The position numbers and the translations under genes are program-made. Positions 38,170 through 51,653 of a stretch of DNA of 64,000 bases are shown in pieces. The notes beneath the pieces were generated by a model. The model was not told the DNA's origin and searched no databases. It saw nothing but the letters and a program-made list of their open reading frames with translations. The stretch covers positions 2,561,270 to 2,625,269 of the forward strand of contig NC_068989.1 in NCBI RefSeq assembly GCF_001194135.2, given 5' to 3'. This DNA comes from Octopus bimaculoides (taxonomy: Eukaryota). How positions within the stretch are numbered: position 1 is the stretch's first letter; each line of letters opens with the position of its first letter.

Positions 38170-38350
38170 AGCCAGCTTAGGTACGAATGTGTGATGCTGA
38201 AAATAGCAATCGCATCTCTCTCAAGTCACAGTCTACTGATATAACAAAGGGCGTAACACACATTAGATAATCTGGAACTAAATAGCACACAGCTCGAAAA
38301 TAAAACAATGGGGATGGTCACGTTTGCAAAGCATCTCGCTTTAAATCCGC
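38170..38350 (-). mobile_element. SINE family D tail (diverged)
   Basis: GCTGAAAATAGCAATCGCATCTCTCTCAAGTCACA...GGGATGGTCA resembles 62085-62250 and is inversely related to 41060-41245. Confidence 0.45.
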
Positions 38351-38747
38351 TTAATAAGAGATTAGCTTGGGATCAAAAAGTACAATTGCATGTGTCTAAG
38401 TGTTCATGTTTATCTTGAAACAATGTCACCATTTCTCAACGAATTTTTTCTATTATTTTTATTCAAATACATAATCATCCTGGGATAATGCATAGAAAAA
38501 AGATTCCGGGTCCAACTCCCCATCCCTCCTGGAGAAAACGGGAAGGGATCGAAGAGAGAAATGGTGAAAGACTGATAGTTATGACATAGTTATAAGCATT
38601 CCCCTCTTTCGCTCACGCTAATTCGTTCTTTTTCTTTCCGTACACACACAACGTTCGCACACACACACGTATACACGGGCACACACACAAACACACACAC
38701 ACATATACAGACATATATGCATATATACATATATGCGTGTGTGTCTC

Positions 38748-38795
<48 letters not shown>

Positions 38796-38924
38796 GTGTG
38801 TGTATGTGAAAGAGATAATTAAAGATATAAAATGGCGACAACTTACCTATTGCACCCTATATGTGTATGTGTGTGTGTTAATGTGTGTGCGCGTGTGTAT
38901 GTTTGTGCGTATGTGTGTGTGAAG

Positions 38925-38964
<40 letters not shown>

Positions 38965-39033
38965 AAGAGACAGAGAGAGCGCGAAGAGAGCGAGATAGAT
39001 AGATGGATAGATAAATAGATAGATGGATGGATG

Positions 39034-39088
<55 letters not shown>

Positions 39089-39705
39089 GCCGTCAATGCA
39101 TAATGTTTACGCATAAAGTTTAATGTGCATTTAGACATGTGCATCACCGAAACATGCTCTCACTTATGCAACACACATACATATGCATGTGTGTATATAT
39201 ATCTGTATGTATGTATGTATGTATGTATGTATGTATGTATGTATGTATGTACAAACATATCTAATAAATTTTTAATGATATTTACTAGAAATGACATGGA
39301 GACTGGTTTATTTTCTTTTAATTCAATTTTTGCGAAGACCTACATTTTGTTTTGTCATCTAAATTATCATTACAGAGATATCTTCAGAGAGTTACTATGT
39401 ACTTTTATATTCTCGTTTATATTTAACTCTAATAAATTCCGATTGATTTATACAAGTGGCTAAATAGAAAATAATTATCCAGTTTAATGTTGATGCGACA
39501 ACAAATGAATATAATCGATATTATGTGAAGAATAAACATTTTTCGATCGGAAGTTTTCCCTCTCTTTCCATCTCACTTTCCCGCTAGCCTCTAATGTCTA
39601 CTGCGCACCACTGCAAAAAAGATCTCATCACTTCGTCATCTCTCCCTCCTTTCTCCTAACCACTGCTATCAGCCTATCCTCTGCTTCCCCTGCATCCCCA
39701 CCATC

Positions 39706-40521
39706 TACTTCCTCACCAATGTTCATAAATCTAAAAATCCTAACTGCCCTATCATTTCCACTTGCAATGTTACGCATTATTCATATCCAAACAACTCCGA
39801 TAGGATTCTCTTTACCCTTAGTAACTTCCCTTTATTTCTAGAACCAAGATACTAACCATACTTTCCACTCCATTCCTTCCAGCCCAGTTCCTCTTCACTG
39901 TTACCCCATCTTCTTATCCTTAGATAGTTCCAAGATCGTTGCACTACCCTCGAAACCTGCACCTCTACTCTCTTTCGCCTTTCCGGGCTTGACCTTACAT
40001 TGAATTGTATCTCTTTCTATAGCGAAAAGCCACTGGGGTGGCAATGGGATCTAAGATGGGCCCTAGACATGCAAACTCTTTCTTAGTCTCGTACACTGGT
40101 TTCACTTTTGAACTTTATGGTAGTACATCAATGATTGCACCGAAGCCAACTCTTTCCCCCGTACTCATCTCATCCACCTACCCTGCTCTTGAACTTACTT
40201 TCGCCATTTCCTTGCTCTGGGTCAATTTCATCGATATTTCTATCCTCACTAATTACCCAAATTTCTCCCTTTCTATGCCGACCTCGATTTCATCTCATCC
40301 CGCCCCAACCACTCTAAATCTTTTATCTTCTACCCACAGTTTCTATGCCTTCACTAACTCTGCATGCATAATCACAATTTTGAGATCAATAATGTCATGC
40401 TGAAAAAGGTTGATGGCATCAGTGCGTTGAATCCACGACTCCGCTAACCTATGACCGGATTTGGCAAAGAAAGAACGGTCGTAGGTTAGCAGAATGCATC
40501 AATGAACATTTACGCAACATC
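39706..40521 (+). mobile_element. Decayed Penelope-like element: RT plus GIY-YIG endonuclease motifs
   Basis: YFLTNVHKSKNPNCPIISTCN (39706-39768; cf. YLLPKIHK...PGRPIISAC), TSTLFRLSGLDLTLNCISF (39961-40017), GVAMGSKMGPRHANSF (40035-40082; cf. GVAMGTxMGPSYANLF), YPALELT..IS...VNFIDIS, then GRRLAECINEHLRNI (40477-40521; cf. GIY-YIG GRxLxxRFxEHxRDI). Confidence 0.75.
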
Positions 40522-40539
40522 CCCCAAAACATTATTAGA

Positions 40540-40607
<68 letters not shown>

Positions 40608-41059
40608 TGAACCAAGGTCTTGTCCAATTCGTGTTTATGTTTTTGGAAGTCATTTTCCGAAGTTGTTTCCCATGAGATGACACAGAGAGCTGCAATGTCT
40701 TTAAAGATGAATAAAGGAAGTGTGTCTCCTTCCTCTGCAAATAACTAGTCTTATTATCACTTTAACTTTAAATTTTTCTATCATGCTATCTTATTTGACA
40801 TCTAGTTTTTATTTCCTGTGTGAATCATTAATCCTGTTTACAGTTTGACAAGGAAATTTACTTCATTTCTGTTTTTGTTGTTGCTGCCGATGTTGTTGTT
40901 GTTGTTGTTACTGTCGTCGTCGTCGTCGTCGTTGTTGTTGTTGTTGTTGTTGTTACTGTTGTTGTTTTCTTTGTTGACTGGAAAAATTAACCTCAAAAGA
41001 GATTATTTTTCCTACTGTTATTATTTTTGACGCTGCTGTTGTTCTTGTTTTTCTCATGT

Positions 41060-41245
41060 CAGTTCTGATCAAGCAGAAATATAATCAACTAAAATGCATT
41101 CATGCCAGCCGTGAGCATCCCGCCTTTTTAGATGTGTGTACATCTACACTATGTCATACCTTCTTTTCATTATTTGAAATGGCAAAATGTTATTTGAGGA
41201 ATAGTTGCTGATATTTCTAGCATGTAGAACACCCACACAAAGTAT
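41060..41245 (+). mobile_element. SINE family D tail (diverged)
   Basis: GAGCATCCCGCCTTTTT...TTATTTGAGGAATAGTTGCTGATATTTCTAGCA matches the TTTCTAGCA end of 42440-42785. Confidence 0.45.
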
Positions 41246-41314
41246 CTAAAATATATTAACATCAGTTATATTTCTGATCAGCTTTTGATTTTGAAAAATC
41301 AAATATTTGAATCA

Positions 41315-41722
41315 CTGTAAACTCCCTATTATCCGGTACTCGGAATTTTTTTTTTTTTAATCTTTTGAAGGAGATTTATGCTAATTTGTAACAATTAATT
41401 GTCATTAAAAGTAAGTTTCTACTCTAACTAAAACGAATAGCTGCTTCTTAAAAGTATTTTATTTTATTACATTTCACTACTTGTACTTTATTAGTTTAAT
41501 AAAACTTGATCTTTACATAAATTATGCTTTTATGTCTTCTTATTTCTCTCTTTTCCATTATTGTCAGAATATTAATAATAAAATTGATGAATATATAGAA
41601 TTTTAATGTGCTTTGACATTAATGTGCTATGGTAATTTTAAAAGTCATTATCAGACATCCAGAAAATTCAGTTATCCGGCATCCTCTGGTCGCAGTGGTG
41701 CCGAATAGAAAGGAGTTTACTG
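41315..41722. mobile_element. Tc1/pogo-type MITE with 25-bp imperfect TIRs
   Basis: Left CTGTAAACTCCCTATTATCCGGTAC (41315-39) versus the reverse complement of the right end, CAGTAAACTCCTTTCTATTCGGCAC (41698-722): 19/25 identical. The right flank is TA and the left flank is CA. Confidence 0.6.
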
Positions 41723-42257
41723 TATATTGCTTGTTGGTTGCAATATTTGATATTTTTCCAATATTTCTTATTTTTGTTAAAATTGTTCTTTTTTGTTTGT
41801 TTATAGTTGTTTTTGTATCTGTCAAGAATATTATCGTTCAACTTGTAAGTTTAGTGTAATGACATCACAGAAAATATATCTAAATATAAGCAACAAAACA
41901 AATTAACCCATACTTTCCACCGAATTTCCACTTGACCAAGTTTAACAAACAAACTCTTGCAAGTCTTCCGAGTCTAAATTCACTGAACCAGTGATTGACT
42001 CGTTGGTGATATCGTCTCCAACACATGATATAAAACACAGGAATAAATACTTATATTTATCGAAAGTTTAATACCATCAACGAACGATATCTACATCTGT
42101 TTTTACTGCGCGCTCACTCTATCACACTTACACTCACAACACAAACACTCGTACATGACATTGACTAGAATGGCATAAAGTTTAATTTGTTTAGTTTTAA
42201 TTCAAAATTCAATAGACATATATTTTAATCCAATCATGCATCGTAACAGAGATATCT

Positions 42258-42420
42258 TCAGGCTGACAGAATCATTAGCGTGTCGGAAAAAGTAGTTCAC
42301 AGCATTTCTTCCGACTTCATGGTCTGAGTTCAAACACTGCCGAGGTCGACTTTACCTTTCAATCTTTCGGTTAAAATAAGTACCAGTTATTTCAGGCCTT
42401 GTGCTTACAGTACAAAGGAA
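42258..42420 (+). mobile_element. SINE family A copy
   Basis: GCTGACAGAATCATTAGCG...GAGTTCAAACACTGCCGAGGTCGACTTTACCTTTCAATCTTTCGG...AAGTACCAG. Confidence 0.75.
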
Positions 42421-42439
42421 TATGATATGGACTCTCTGT

Positions 42440-42785
42440 GAGAGAGTCACGTGACTTGGTGATTAGGGTATTGCACTCATCTTCGAAACATTGTGGTTTC
42501 GATTCGCGGACAGGGCGGTGCATTGTGTATAAAACGCTTTATTTCACATTGCTCCAGTCCAATCAGCTGTAAATGTGTTAACCTGCAACGGACTGGTGCC
42601 CCGTCCAGGGGAGGGCTGCCATCTCGGTCCTTTATACGCAATGGCAACATGGTACGTTACTCTGTGAGTCCTAGAACTCAGTACCACACTTATTCTTTTA
42701 AGATAGAAAATATGTACTTGACTGAGAGTTGGCTGCTGTTTCTAGCAAGTTGAGCACACCACGTAGAGGTTCTTTAGTTAGTACA
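42440..42785 (+). mobile_element. SINE family D (tRNA head plus Nin/Deu-like central motif)
   Basis: B box GGTTTCGATTC. The central CACATTGCTCCAGTCCAATCAGCTGTAAATG...CCTGCAACGGACTGGTGCCCCGTCCAGGGG resembles the recalled CTGCGATGGACTAGCATCCCATCCAGGGG core of Nin/Deu-domain SINEs. Confidence 0.55.
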
Positions 42786-43698
42786 ACTATAGCGATTGGC
42801 ATCGATTGGCTATAGTTGAATGTTCTCCAATGCGGCTGTCGCCTTAAAATCAACATTCAGGGTTTCATAGAAACGAAAATATGTTTTTACTCCACACATG
42901 TCTCTAATACAAGATAACATCGACTGAAGATGAAATAATTGATTTAGCACGGAATCTCTTTTAAGTGATATTAAGTACGTTGATACATGTAAAGCTTCTT
43001 GTCAGTATGGTAATTTATTTAATAAAATTCACCTTGGAAAACTTGAAGTATTTTGCAATAAACAAACATGCAATATTGATTTCTAAAAGTGGCATGCTTC
43101 TACAGATGTCTGAATCTCAGCATTATTGACCGATCGATTCTATCTTCATTGCTTGATTGGCCTTTAATTTTAGCAATCCTGGAGGAGTTAAATACCATGT
43201 CAGCCGTCGTTGTAATTAGAATAAAATCAAAATACAAATACACATAAATAACAACACAAGGTATTTAGTTTGAAAACCACAGTAACCTGCTAATTATAGG
43301 GCGGCAATCGAATAGAAACGGTTGAGCACCGAAATAAAATCTTCATGTAATTTAATGTTGATACGACAACAAAATACACTTCGATTGACTTTGTGCATTA
43401 TCTCTCGAGTGTTGATAAAATCAAATTATATTAACTGGATCCCTAGAAATTTATGAGGCATGGTTGAGTCTTTAAGAAATTCGATTTGCAATGTCATGGT
43501 TCTGATTTCAAAATCACTGCGCAACAGTATGGAAAAGAACTGGCTTATTGTCTGGAAATAAGAGGACAGTCATGGACACTTGTTTCTGACTCCAGAGACA
43601 CTATCAGCACGACAATTGTCCGATCTTATCTCCGCCAGCCAATAGACTTACACAATATGAATGGAACATATATATATATATATATATATACATATATA

Positions 43699-43785
43699 TA
43701 CTGAAAATCGAGATCGAGCGAGCTTTTCCCTTTTTGCTCGACGTGGTTTCCGTCCACGCTGAGCTCGCCTTGGGACACCTGCGTT
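43699..43785 (-). rRNA. Isolated 87-bp 28S (LSU) rRNA fragment (not a functional gene)
   Basis: Minus strand AACGCAGGTGTCCCAAGGCGAGCTCAGCGTGGACGGAAACCACGTCGAGCAAAAAGGGAAAAGCTCGCTCGATCTCGATTTTCAGTA matches the recalled conserved eukaryotic LSU segment AACGCAGGTGTCCTAAGGCGAGCTCAG...AAAAGCTCGCTTGATCTTGATTTTCAGTA. Confidence 0.85.
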
Positions 43786-44283
43786 CGATCTTTTATGCTT
43801 CGTTTTTCTTCTCTTTCCTCATCTCCTTATTCCTTTACTCCTGTCTTCTATGTCGTCATTTCATTAATCTACACTCTTCTAATTTTCCCTATTTGTCTCC
43901 GATANNNNNNNNNNNNNNNNNNNNNNNNNNNNNNNNNNNNNNNNNNNNNNNNNNNNNNNNNNNNNNNNNNNNNNNNNNNNNNNNNNNNNNNNNNNNNNNN
44001 NNNNNNNNNNNNNNNNNNNNNNNNNNNNNNNNNNNNNNNNNNNNNNNNNNNNNNNNNNNNNNNNNNNNNNNNNNNNNNNNNNNNNNNNNNNNNNNNNNNN
44101 NNNNNNNNNNNNNNNNNNNNNNNNNNNNNNNNNNNNNNNNNNNNNNNNNNNNNNNNNNNNNNNNNNNNNNNNNNNNNNNNNNNNNNNNNNNNNNNNNNNN
44201 NNNNNNNNNNNNNNNNNNNNNNNNNNNNNNNNNNNNNNNNNNNNTATGTCGTTCTCTTATAAAATGTAACAACAACAACAACA

Positions 44284-44344
<61 letters not shown>

Positions 44345-44718
44345 TCCATGCAAATCTCAAATTTATTTTTATCTAAACAAATGAGCGAGGAACATAATCA
44401 GATTCAATCAAGAATTCAACATAATTTTTTTAGAATTCTTACCATTTATCCATATTGACTTACCAATTCCAATCTCATAGAAACTTACATTTATGCATCT
44501 TCTTCATTTTCTTCATATTTATTCAAAAGAACAGAAATCGATTTTCCTTTTTTTTTTTTTTCATTATTAAAAGACGAAAAAGATTTTTTATTGACGTTTG
44601 TAAAGTAATGACTTCAATGAAATTGCTTTGGGAGAAAATATGCGTGTGCATAAGTGTACAAGCTTTATGTTGTTACTGCTGTTGTTGTGTGTGTGTGTGT
44701 GTGTGTGTGTGTATGCAT

Positions 44719-44774
<56 letters not shown>

Positions 44775-45819
44775 GAGTGTGCGTGCATATGTAAGTTTAC
44801 TTTTATTTACTAGTCTTCAAATATTTTCAATAAAGTAGGAATCGGTCTCTAACTAAACATGCTTCTGTCAACAACAACAACGACAAAAATAAAAAAAAAC
44901 CCTTATTGTACTAAATACTAAATTCACCTAAGATTTATAGTGCTTCTCTTACAAATTGAATGTGTGTGTATATATGCAGTTAAATTTGCTTATATGTATA
45001 CAGATTAAATATATATGTATGCATAGTCATATAAATGCACACATATTTAATATACATGCATAAATATTCATATATATGAACAGAAACGCACAAATTTAGA
45101 TAGTGAAGAAAACGTAGAATAAACACGCACAGATATGTCTATGTTTAATAGCTTTCTTATAGAAGTATTTTCTGAAAGTGTTCTATTTTCCTTCGTTCTG
45201 CCTATTGTCGAATTCGCAGTATATTTCTAATCTATATTTTTCAGTTTTAAATGAAATATGTTTGTGATTTTTTTTTTCTCATTTTACCATTCTCTTTGAA
45301 ATATGCCATTTTTACCTTTCTGACATTCTATTTTAATGGTACATCTTCCCGCTTTAATCTCTCTTATTTTATACCAATCTGTGATAACGTAAACTGTAAT
45401 TATAGATAGACATCGTGCTTATTCCTGCTATTAACCACATTCTTCCAGGTCAGTAAATAAACCAATAATTATGTAGGCAAAACGTTTCTTTTGCGCTACC
45501 ATGTTTCTGATCCTGTAATGTTATATAAAGATTTAATCGTTTGGTTCATTAAACAGACAATCTTCCTGACCAGGAAGTCTTTCTATATTTTCCCTATATT
45601 CGTGATGGGCTTCACATTCCAGTTGATAATATTTAGAGAATCTCGCAATTGTTGATTGCATCCGCTCTCTTAAAATGCACGTGAAACTTTTCTGTTTTAT
45701 TTTCCAGTTTCAATTTTGTCAACTCGCGAAAATTGTGTCAAAAATATCCACACATATGCAAACACACACATTCAGCACATATATGCATACGCATGTACAC
45801 AAAAACACAAACACATTTA

Positions 45820-45867
<48 letters not shown>

Positions 45868-46303
45868 NNNNNNNNNNNNNNNNNNNNNNNNNNNNNNNNN
45901 NNNNNNNNNNNNNNNNNNNNNNNNNNNNNNNNNNNNNNNNNNNNNNNNNNNNNNNNNNNNNNNNNNNNNNNNNNNNNNNNNNNNNNNNNNNNNNNNNNNN
46001 NNNNNNNNNNNNNNNNNNNNNNNNNNNNNNNNNNNNNNNNNNNNNNNNNNNNNNNNNNNNNNNNNNNNNNNNNNNNNNNNNNNNNNNNNNNNNNNNNNNN
46101 NNNNNNNNNNNNNNNNNNNNNNNNNNNNNNNNNNNNNNNNNNNNNNNNNTATATATATATATATATATATATATGCATATATATATACATGTACTTATGT
46201 AAATACGTACATATATGCATACTACATACTCATATGCATCAATACATATATATATACATATATATATATGTATATATATAAGCACAACACGTATACACAT
46301 ACA

Positions 46304-46334
<31 letters not shown>

Positions 46335-47330
46335 GTGAGTGTGTAGGTATGTATATATGAGAAGGAGAGAAAAAACGAAGTATTATTGTTGTTGTTATCT
46401 TTGTTGTTTGTTACAGTGACCAATATCCGGTGGATGGGTGGATTCGTATGATTCCAAGGGTCGCTGAACCATACGAGCTCGAGGTTCTTTCGAAAGTGCA
46501 GAAGCAAATGGTGATTTAAGAGAGAAAGCCAAGTTGTCACACATGCAGAAGCAAAAGTCTCTTGAAAGTTTTCTGCTCAAGATAGAAAGACGTCAAAAAA
46601 GTGAAGTGGCGGATACTAGAAACAACAATCGACTCCGAAAACTACTGCCTCAGTCACACCACCGTCTTCACCTGCGCACTTCTTAGCAACGATATTAAAT
46701 TTACTAATGAGAAGATCCATTAAGCTTCACATGTCATTAACTTATTACCATTTCTCCGACTTCTGTACATTATACTTAATTTCACTGCTGCGGTATTTTA
46801 GAACCAAACCGACCAAAAAATTACTCTTTTCCAACAGATGTCAGCAGCCGCCTCACTTTCAGTCAGTTCTAAACGGAGGACATCCTTGCGTTTTACAATG
46901 GGAAATAAGTTCATATGTTCATCTGCCTGTAAATTGCCCATTGAGATTAGTTTCTAATTAAACGTCTCCTCATTTCCAGGTATCGTTCATTACACTTTTT
47001 ATTCTTATTTACTGATAAGTGTTTAGTAAACGGAGTCTATGAGATTATGCTCATTAAGTAGAAAAGCATATGCAATATCAGAAACGAGAAGAGAGGGTAA
47101 GAGAAGCTAGGCTTACAGCCTAGTGATGTAGAAAGGGGAAAAAATTGATAATAAAAGAAACTCCTCCAAAGAAAACTTTGCGAAAATCAATAGATCTGAC
47201 CATAGATTCGATAATAAAATAAGTTTATACGTGGCGGATTGTAGTAAAAGATATAACAAGAAGCAAAATGCACAGAAATTTTCTGTTGGGCAAAATATTC
47301 TTTCTTTCTTTAGGAAATAAAATATTTATA

Positions 47331-47365
47331 TAGTCGACCGGTTTCGCTTGTGCTAATCATAACTA
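47331..47365 (-). ncRNA. Decayed minimal hammerhead motif
   Basis: Minus strand TAGTT-ATGATTA-GC-ACAA-GC-GAAA-CCGG-TC-GACTA. Stem I is 5/5 (one G.U), stem III is the palindrome ACCGGT and the triplet is GUC, but CTGATGA is mutated to ATGATTA. Confidence 0.5.
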
Positions 47366-48477
47366 AGAAGTTAGTGATAATGTTACAATTTCATGCTACC
47401 ATAAGTATTCATTCCGTGTTAGTAGGAGGTGTGTATATGCATGCAATCTGTCACTTTAATGCATATACTTATTCTATACACATANNNNNNNNNNTCTGTG
47501 TCAATATTCCCCACCAAAAAAATCTTCAACATTCGATTCGTGTTGTTTGGGGTTGGACAACGGCTCTTCAATTATATCCGGAAAGTTCGCGTTACTGCAG
47601 CTGAGATCAATTTCACATAATCACAACATTTGAACACTGGCATGAAATTTCTTTTGCACTAGTAAGGGAATTAAAAAATATTAGTACTATGTGAATGAAT
47701 GGAGAAATATAATATATGATGTTTCGTTTTTTAAAAAAATATTAGTACTACCTGAATGAATGGATAAATATAGTATATGATTTCTTTTCTTTTTCGCTTT
47801 TTTTTAAAGTTTTTGGTATTTGCGTGCTTACCGAATACTCTTTCTACAAACTTGTCTATCTATCTGTGAGAAAAAATAACAGAGGCACAGTTGACGCCAT
47901 TGTCCAATTGAACTAAAATATTTCCTACGAGACCTCAGTTAATATTTTATCGGAAATTATAAATGCAAGTGGTGCGCTTTGAAGTGTAATATTTAGAGAA
48001 TGACAACAGGCTTCACAGAAGGATATTAAAGCATCCTTATGCTTTTCCCTCCTTTTTCTCTAATATATACATCTATATATTATATTTTCACGCCAACATA
48101 TGTATATACAAATGTATATATGTATATATATATATATATATNNNNNNNNNNNNNNNNNNNNNNNNNNNNNNNNNNNNNNNNNNNNNNNNNNNNNNNNNNN
48201 NNNNNNNNNNNNNNNNNNNNNNNNNNNNNNNNNNNNNNNNNNNNNNNNNNNNNNNNNNNNNNNNNNNNNNNNNNNNNNNNNNNNNNNNNNNNNNNNNNNN
48301 NNNNNNNNNNNNNNNNNNNNNNNNNNNNNNNNNNNNNNNNNNNNNNNNNNNNNNNNNNNNNNNNNNNNNNNNNNNNNNNNNNNNNNNNNNNNNNNNNNNN
48401 NNNNNNNNNNNNNNNNNNNNNNNNNNNNNNNNNNNNNNNNNNNNNNNNNNNNNNNNNNNNNNNNNNNNNNNNNNNNN

Positions 48478-50731
48478 TACATATGTACGTACGTACGTAC
48501 ATACATACATACATACATACATACATACATACATGTACCTCTGCACATATATGTATGCATGATAAGCAACTACCCTCCAACAGGTCACAAAGATAATGCT
48601 AAAACGTTGCACGCCATCGTTCCTAGAAAGGACATCCCTAGCGTAATCATGGAAAATATTGCTCTTGCTGAGCTCAAACTTATATTTTGATTAAAGGAAT
48701 ATTGCTGGAAGACTCGCATCAAAATCTCCGCTAAATGCAAATATCTGACATAGTTTTCTTTAGAGCAAAGAAGTAATATTCTGAGCAGCTTTAGAAAATC
48801 ATCTGACCAACAGATACGTACGTCCCTTTTAAAGTTAGTCAAAAGGTGAAACTTTTTCAATCATTGGCTTCAGAACGTACTGTTTCTCTGCCCAGGGTTA
48901 TACATTCACATTTATTCTAATAATCATCTGTACACTTGGTTATGATAGGTTATTAAATGTCTACACGGTAACCCCTGGGAGGTAGAGTCTTTCGTCAAAG
49001 AAAGTAACAGGCTAGCACTCACTTGCCAAATACAATATAGCAGTGGAACACTAAAATTATGCAAAACCTTTACCAAATATTATTTTTTATTCTTCACCGT
49101 TGACGATATCCAAATTCCAGCACTCCAGCTGTATTGCATTGTCAAAAACCAGCACCTTTTTATCTGAATTCAAGTCTGGAATAACAAATAACATACATAC
49201 GAACATAAATACATAAAATACACACAAATGACATATGCATAAATATATACATACATACGCATATACANNNNNNNNNNTATATATATATTCATACAATCAT
49301 TCACTCATACATTCATACATATATATACATCCTGGATATATACATATGTGTGTGTGCTTGTGTGTATATATATAAATGTATGTATGCATGTATGTATGTA
49401 TGTATTTATGTATGCATATATATATACATGCATTCAGTCATACATTCACACTTACATACACATAATTACACACATGCACACACACATACACACACATACA
49501 TACATAATACACACATACATACATCCATACATACATATGTACGTACGTACGTACATACATACATACATACATACATACATGTACCTCTGCACATATATGT
49601 ATGCATGATAAGCAACTACCCTCCAACAGGTCACAAAGATAATGCTAAAACGTTGCACGCCATCGTTCCTAGAAAGGACATCCCTAGCGTAATCATGGAA
49701 AATATTGCTCTTGCTGAGCTCAAACTTATATTTTGATTAAAGGAATANNNNNNNNNNNNNNNNNNNNNNNNNNNNNNNNNNNNNNNNNNNNNNNNNNNNN
49801 NNNNNNNNNNNNNNNNNNNNNNNNNNNNNNNNNNNNNNNNNNNNNNNNNNNNNNNNNNNNNNNNNNNNNNNNNNNNNNNNNNNNNNNNNNNNNNNNNNNN
49901 NNNNNNNNNNNNNNNNNNNNNNNNNNNNNNNNNNNNNNNNNNNNNNNNNNNNNNNNNNNNNNNNNNNNNNNNNNNNNNNNNNNNNNNNNNNNNNNNNNNN
50001 NNNNNNNNNNNNNNNNNNNNNNNNNNNNNNNNNNNNNNNNNNNNNNNNNNNNNNNNNNNNNNNNNNNNNNNNNNNNNNNNNNNNNNNNNNNNNNNNNNNN
50101 NNNNNNNNNNNNNNNNNNNNNNNNNNNNNNNNNNNNNNNNNNNNNNNNNNNNNNNNNNNNNNNNNNNNNNNNNNNNNNNNNNNNNNNNNNNNNNNNNNNN
50201 NNNNNNNNNNNNNNNNNNNNNNNNNNNNNNNNNNNNNNNNNNNNNNNNNNNNNNNNNNNNNNNNNNNNNNNNNNNNNNNNNNNNNNNNNNNNNNNNNNNN
50301 NNNNNNNNNNNNNNNNNNNNNNNNNNNNNNNNNNNNNNNNNNNNNNNNNNNNNNNNNNNNNNNNNNNNNNNNNNNNNNNNNNNNNNNNNNNNNNNNNNNN
50401 NNNNNNNNNNNNNNNNNNNNNNNNNNNNNNNNNNNNNNNNNNNNNNNNNNNNNNNNNNNNNNNNNNNNNNNNNNNNNNNNNNNNNNNNNNNNNNNNNNNN
50501 NNNNNNNNNNNNNNNNNNNNNNNNNNNNNNNNNNNNNNNNNNNNNNNNNNNNNNNNNNNNNNNNNNNNNNNNNNNNNNNNNNNNNNNNNNNNNNNNNTAT
50601 TGCATTGTCAAAAACCAGCACCTTTTTATCTGAATTCAAGTCTGGAATAACAAATAACATACATACGAACATAAATACATAAAATACACACAAATGACAT
50701 ATGCATAAATATATACATACATACGCATATA
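48478..50731. repeat. Gap-interleaved near-identical duplication
   Basis: 48478-48701 recurs at about 49531-49747, and 49132-49266 recurs at 50598-50731, separated by N gaps. Confidence 0.88.
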
Positions 50732-51559
50732 CATATACATAAATACATACATACATACTTACATACATAAGCATATATACAGGAATGTATGTATGTATGT
50801 CGCTTCTATTTTTTAAATATTATAAATCTTCCGCTGAGGAGGGATCCGGTTTCCAACAAATATACAAAGCTCCATATGTATGTAAGTATGTATGTATGTA
50901 TGTATGTATGTATGGTTACATACATACATATGTATGTAAACCTCTCACACAGACAATCATATGTGAAAAGGTTCGTGTTGCTGCGACTGAAATCACTTCT
51001 CGAGAATCAGCGCATTTGAGCATTTAAAAGATATTTTCTTTCCTTATTGTAACAATAAGGGAAATAAAACAAAATTAGTTCCATCTGAATAAAAGAGTAA
51101 ACACAACATAAACCACATATTTTATTCTTTGTCGCATTTAAATAGCAATCTAGGAACGTATATAGCTATCCATCTACGCTTTTGCTAATACAACTTTCTT
51201 CCTATTTATCTCGCTACAGCAATTTTGCGATTTCTTTTCATTCTTATCTTTATATATATCTTTCTGCCAATTTATTTATCTATCTAACTATCTCCCTATC
51301 TCTCTATCTCTCTATCTATCTTTCTATCTATCTATCTTTCTATCTATCTATCTTTTTATCTATCTAACTATCTCATTTATCTGTTTGCTTTACTTTTGTG
51401 TTATCTACCTTCCTTCATAGCGTAGTCGATCTATATCTCCGTATATCTATGTATATATCTATTTAGCTATTTATGTTTCTATATAAATATATACATACAT
51501 ATAAATATGTATATACATACTCGCACACACACAAACACTTATCTATATCTATATTTACA

Positions 51560-51611
<52 letters not shown>

Positions 51612-51621
51612 CGTATGTGTG

Positions 51622-51653
<32 letters not shown>

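Noticed and set aside
48585-48860. Minus-strand hydrophobic ORF ending ...IFSMITLGMSFLGTMACNVLALSL (GPCR TM1-like)
   Set aside because: It stops immediately after the putative helix, has no further TM segments and lies in the suspected duplicated contig.
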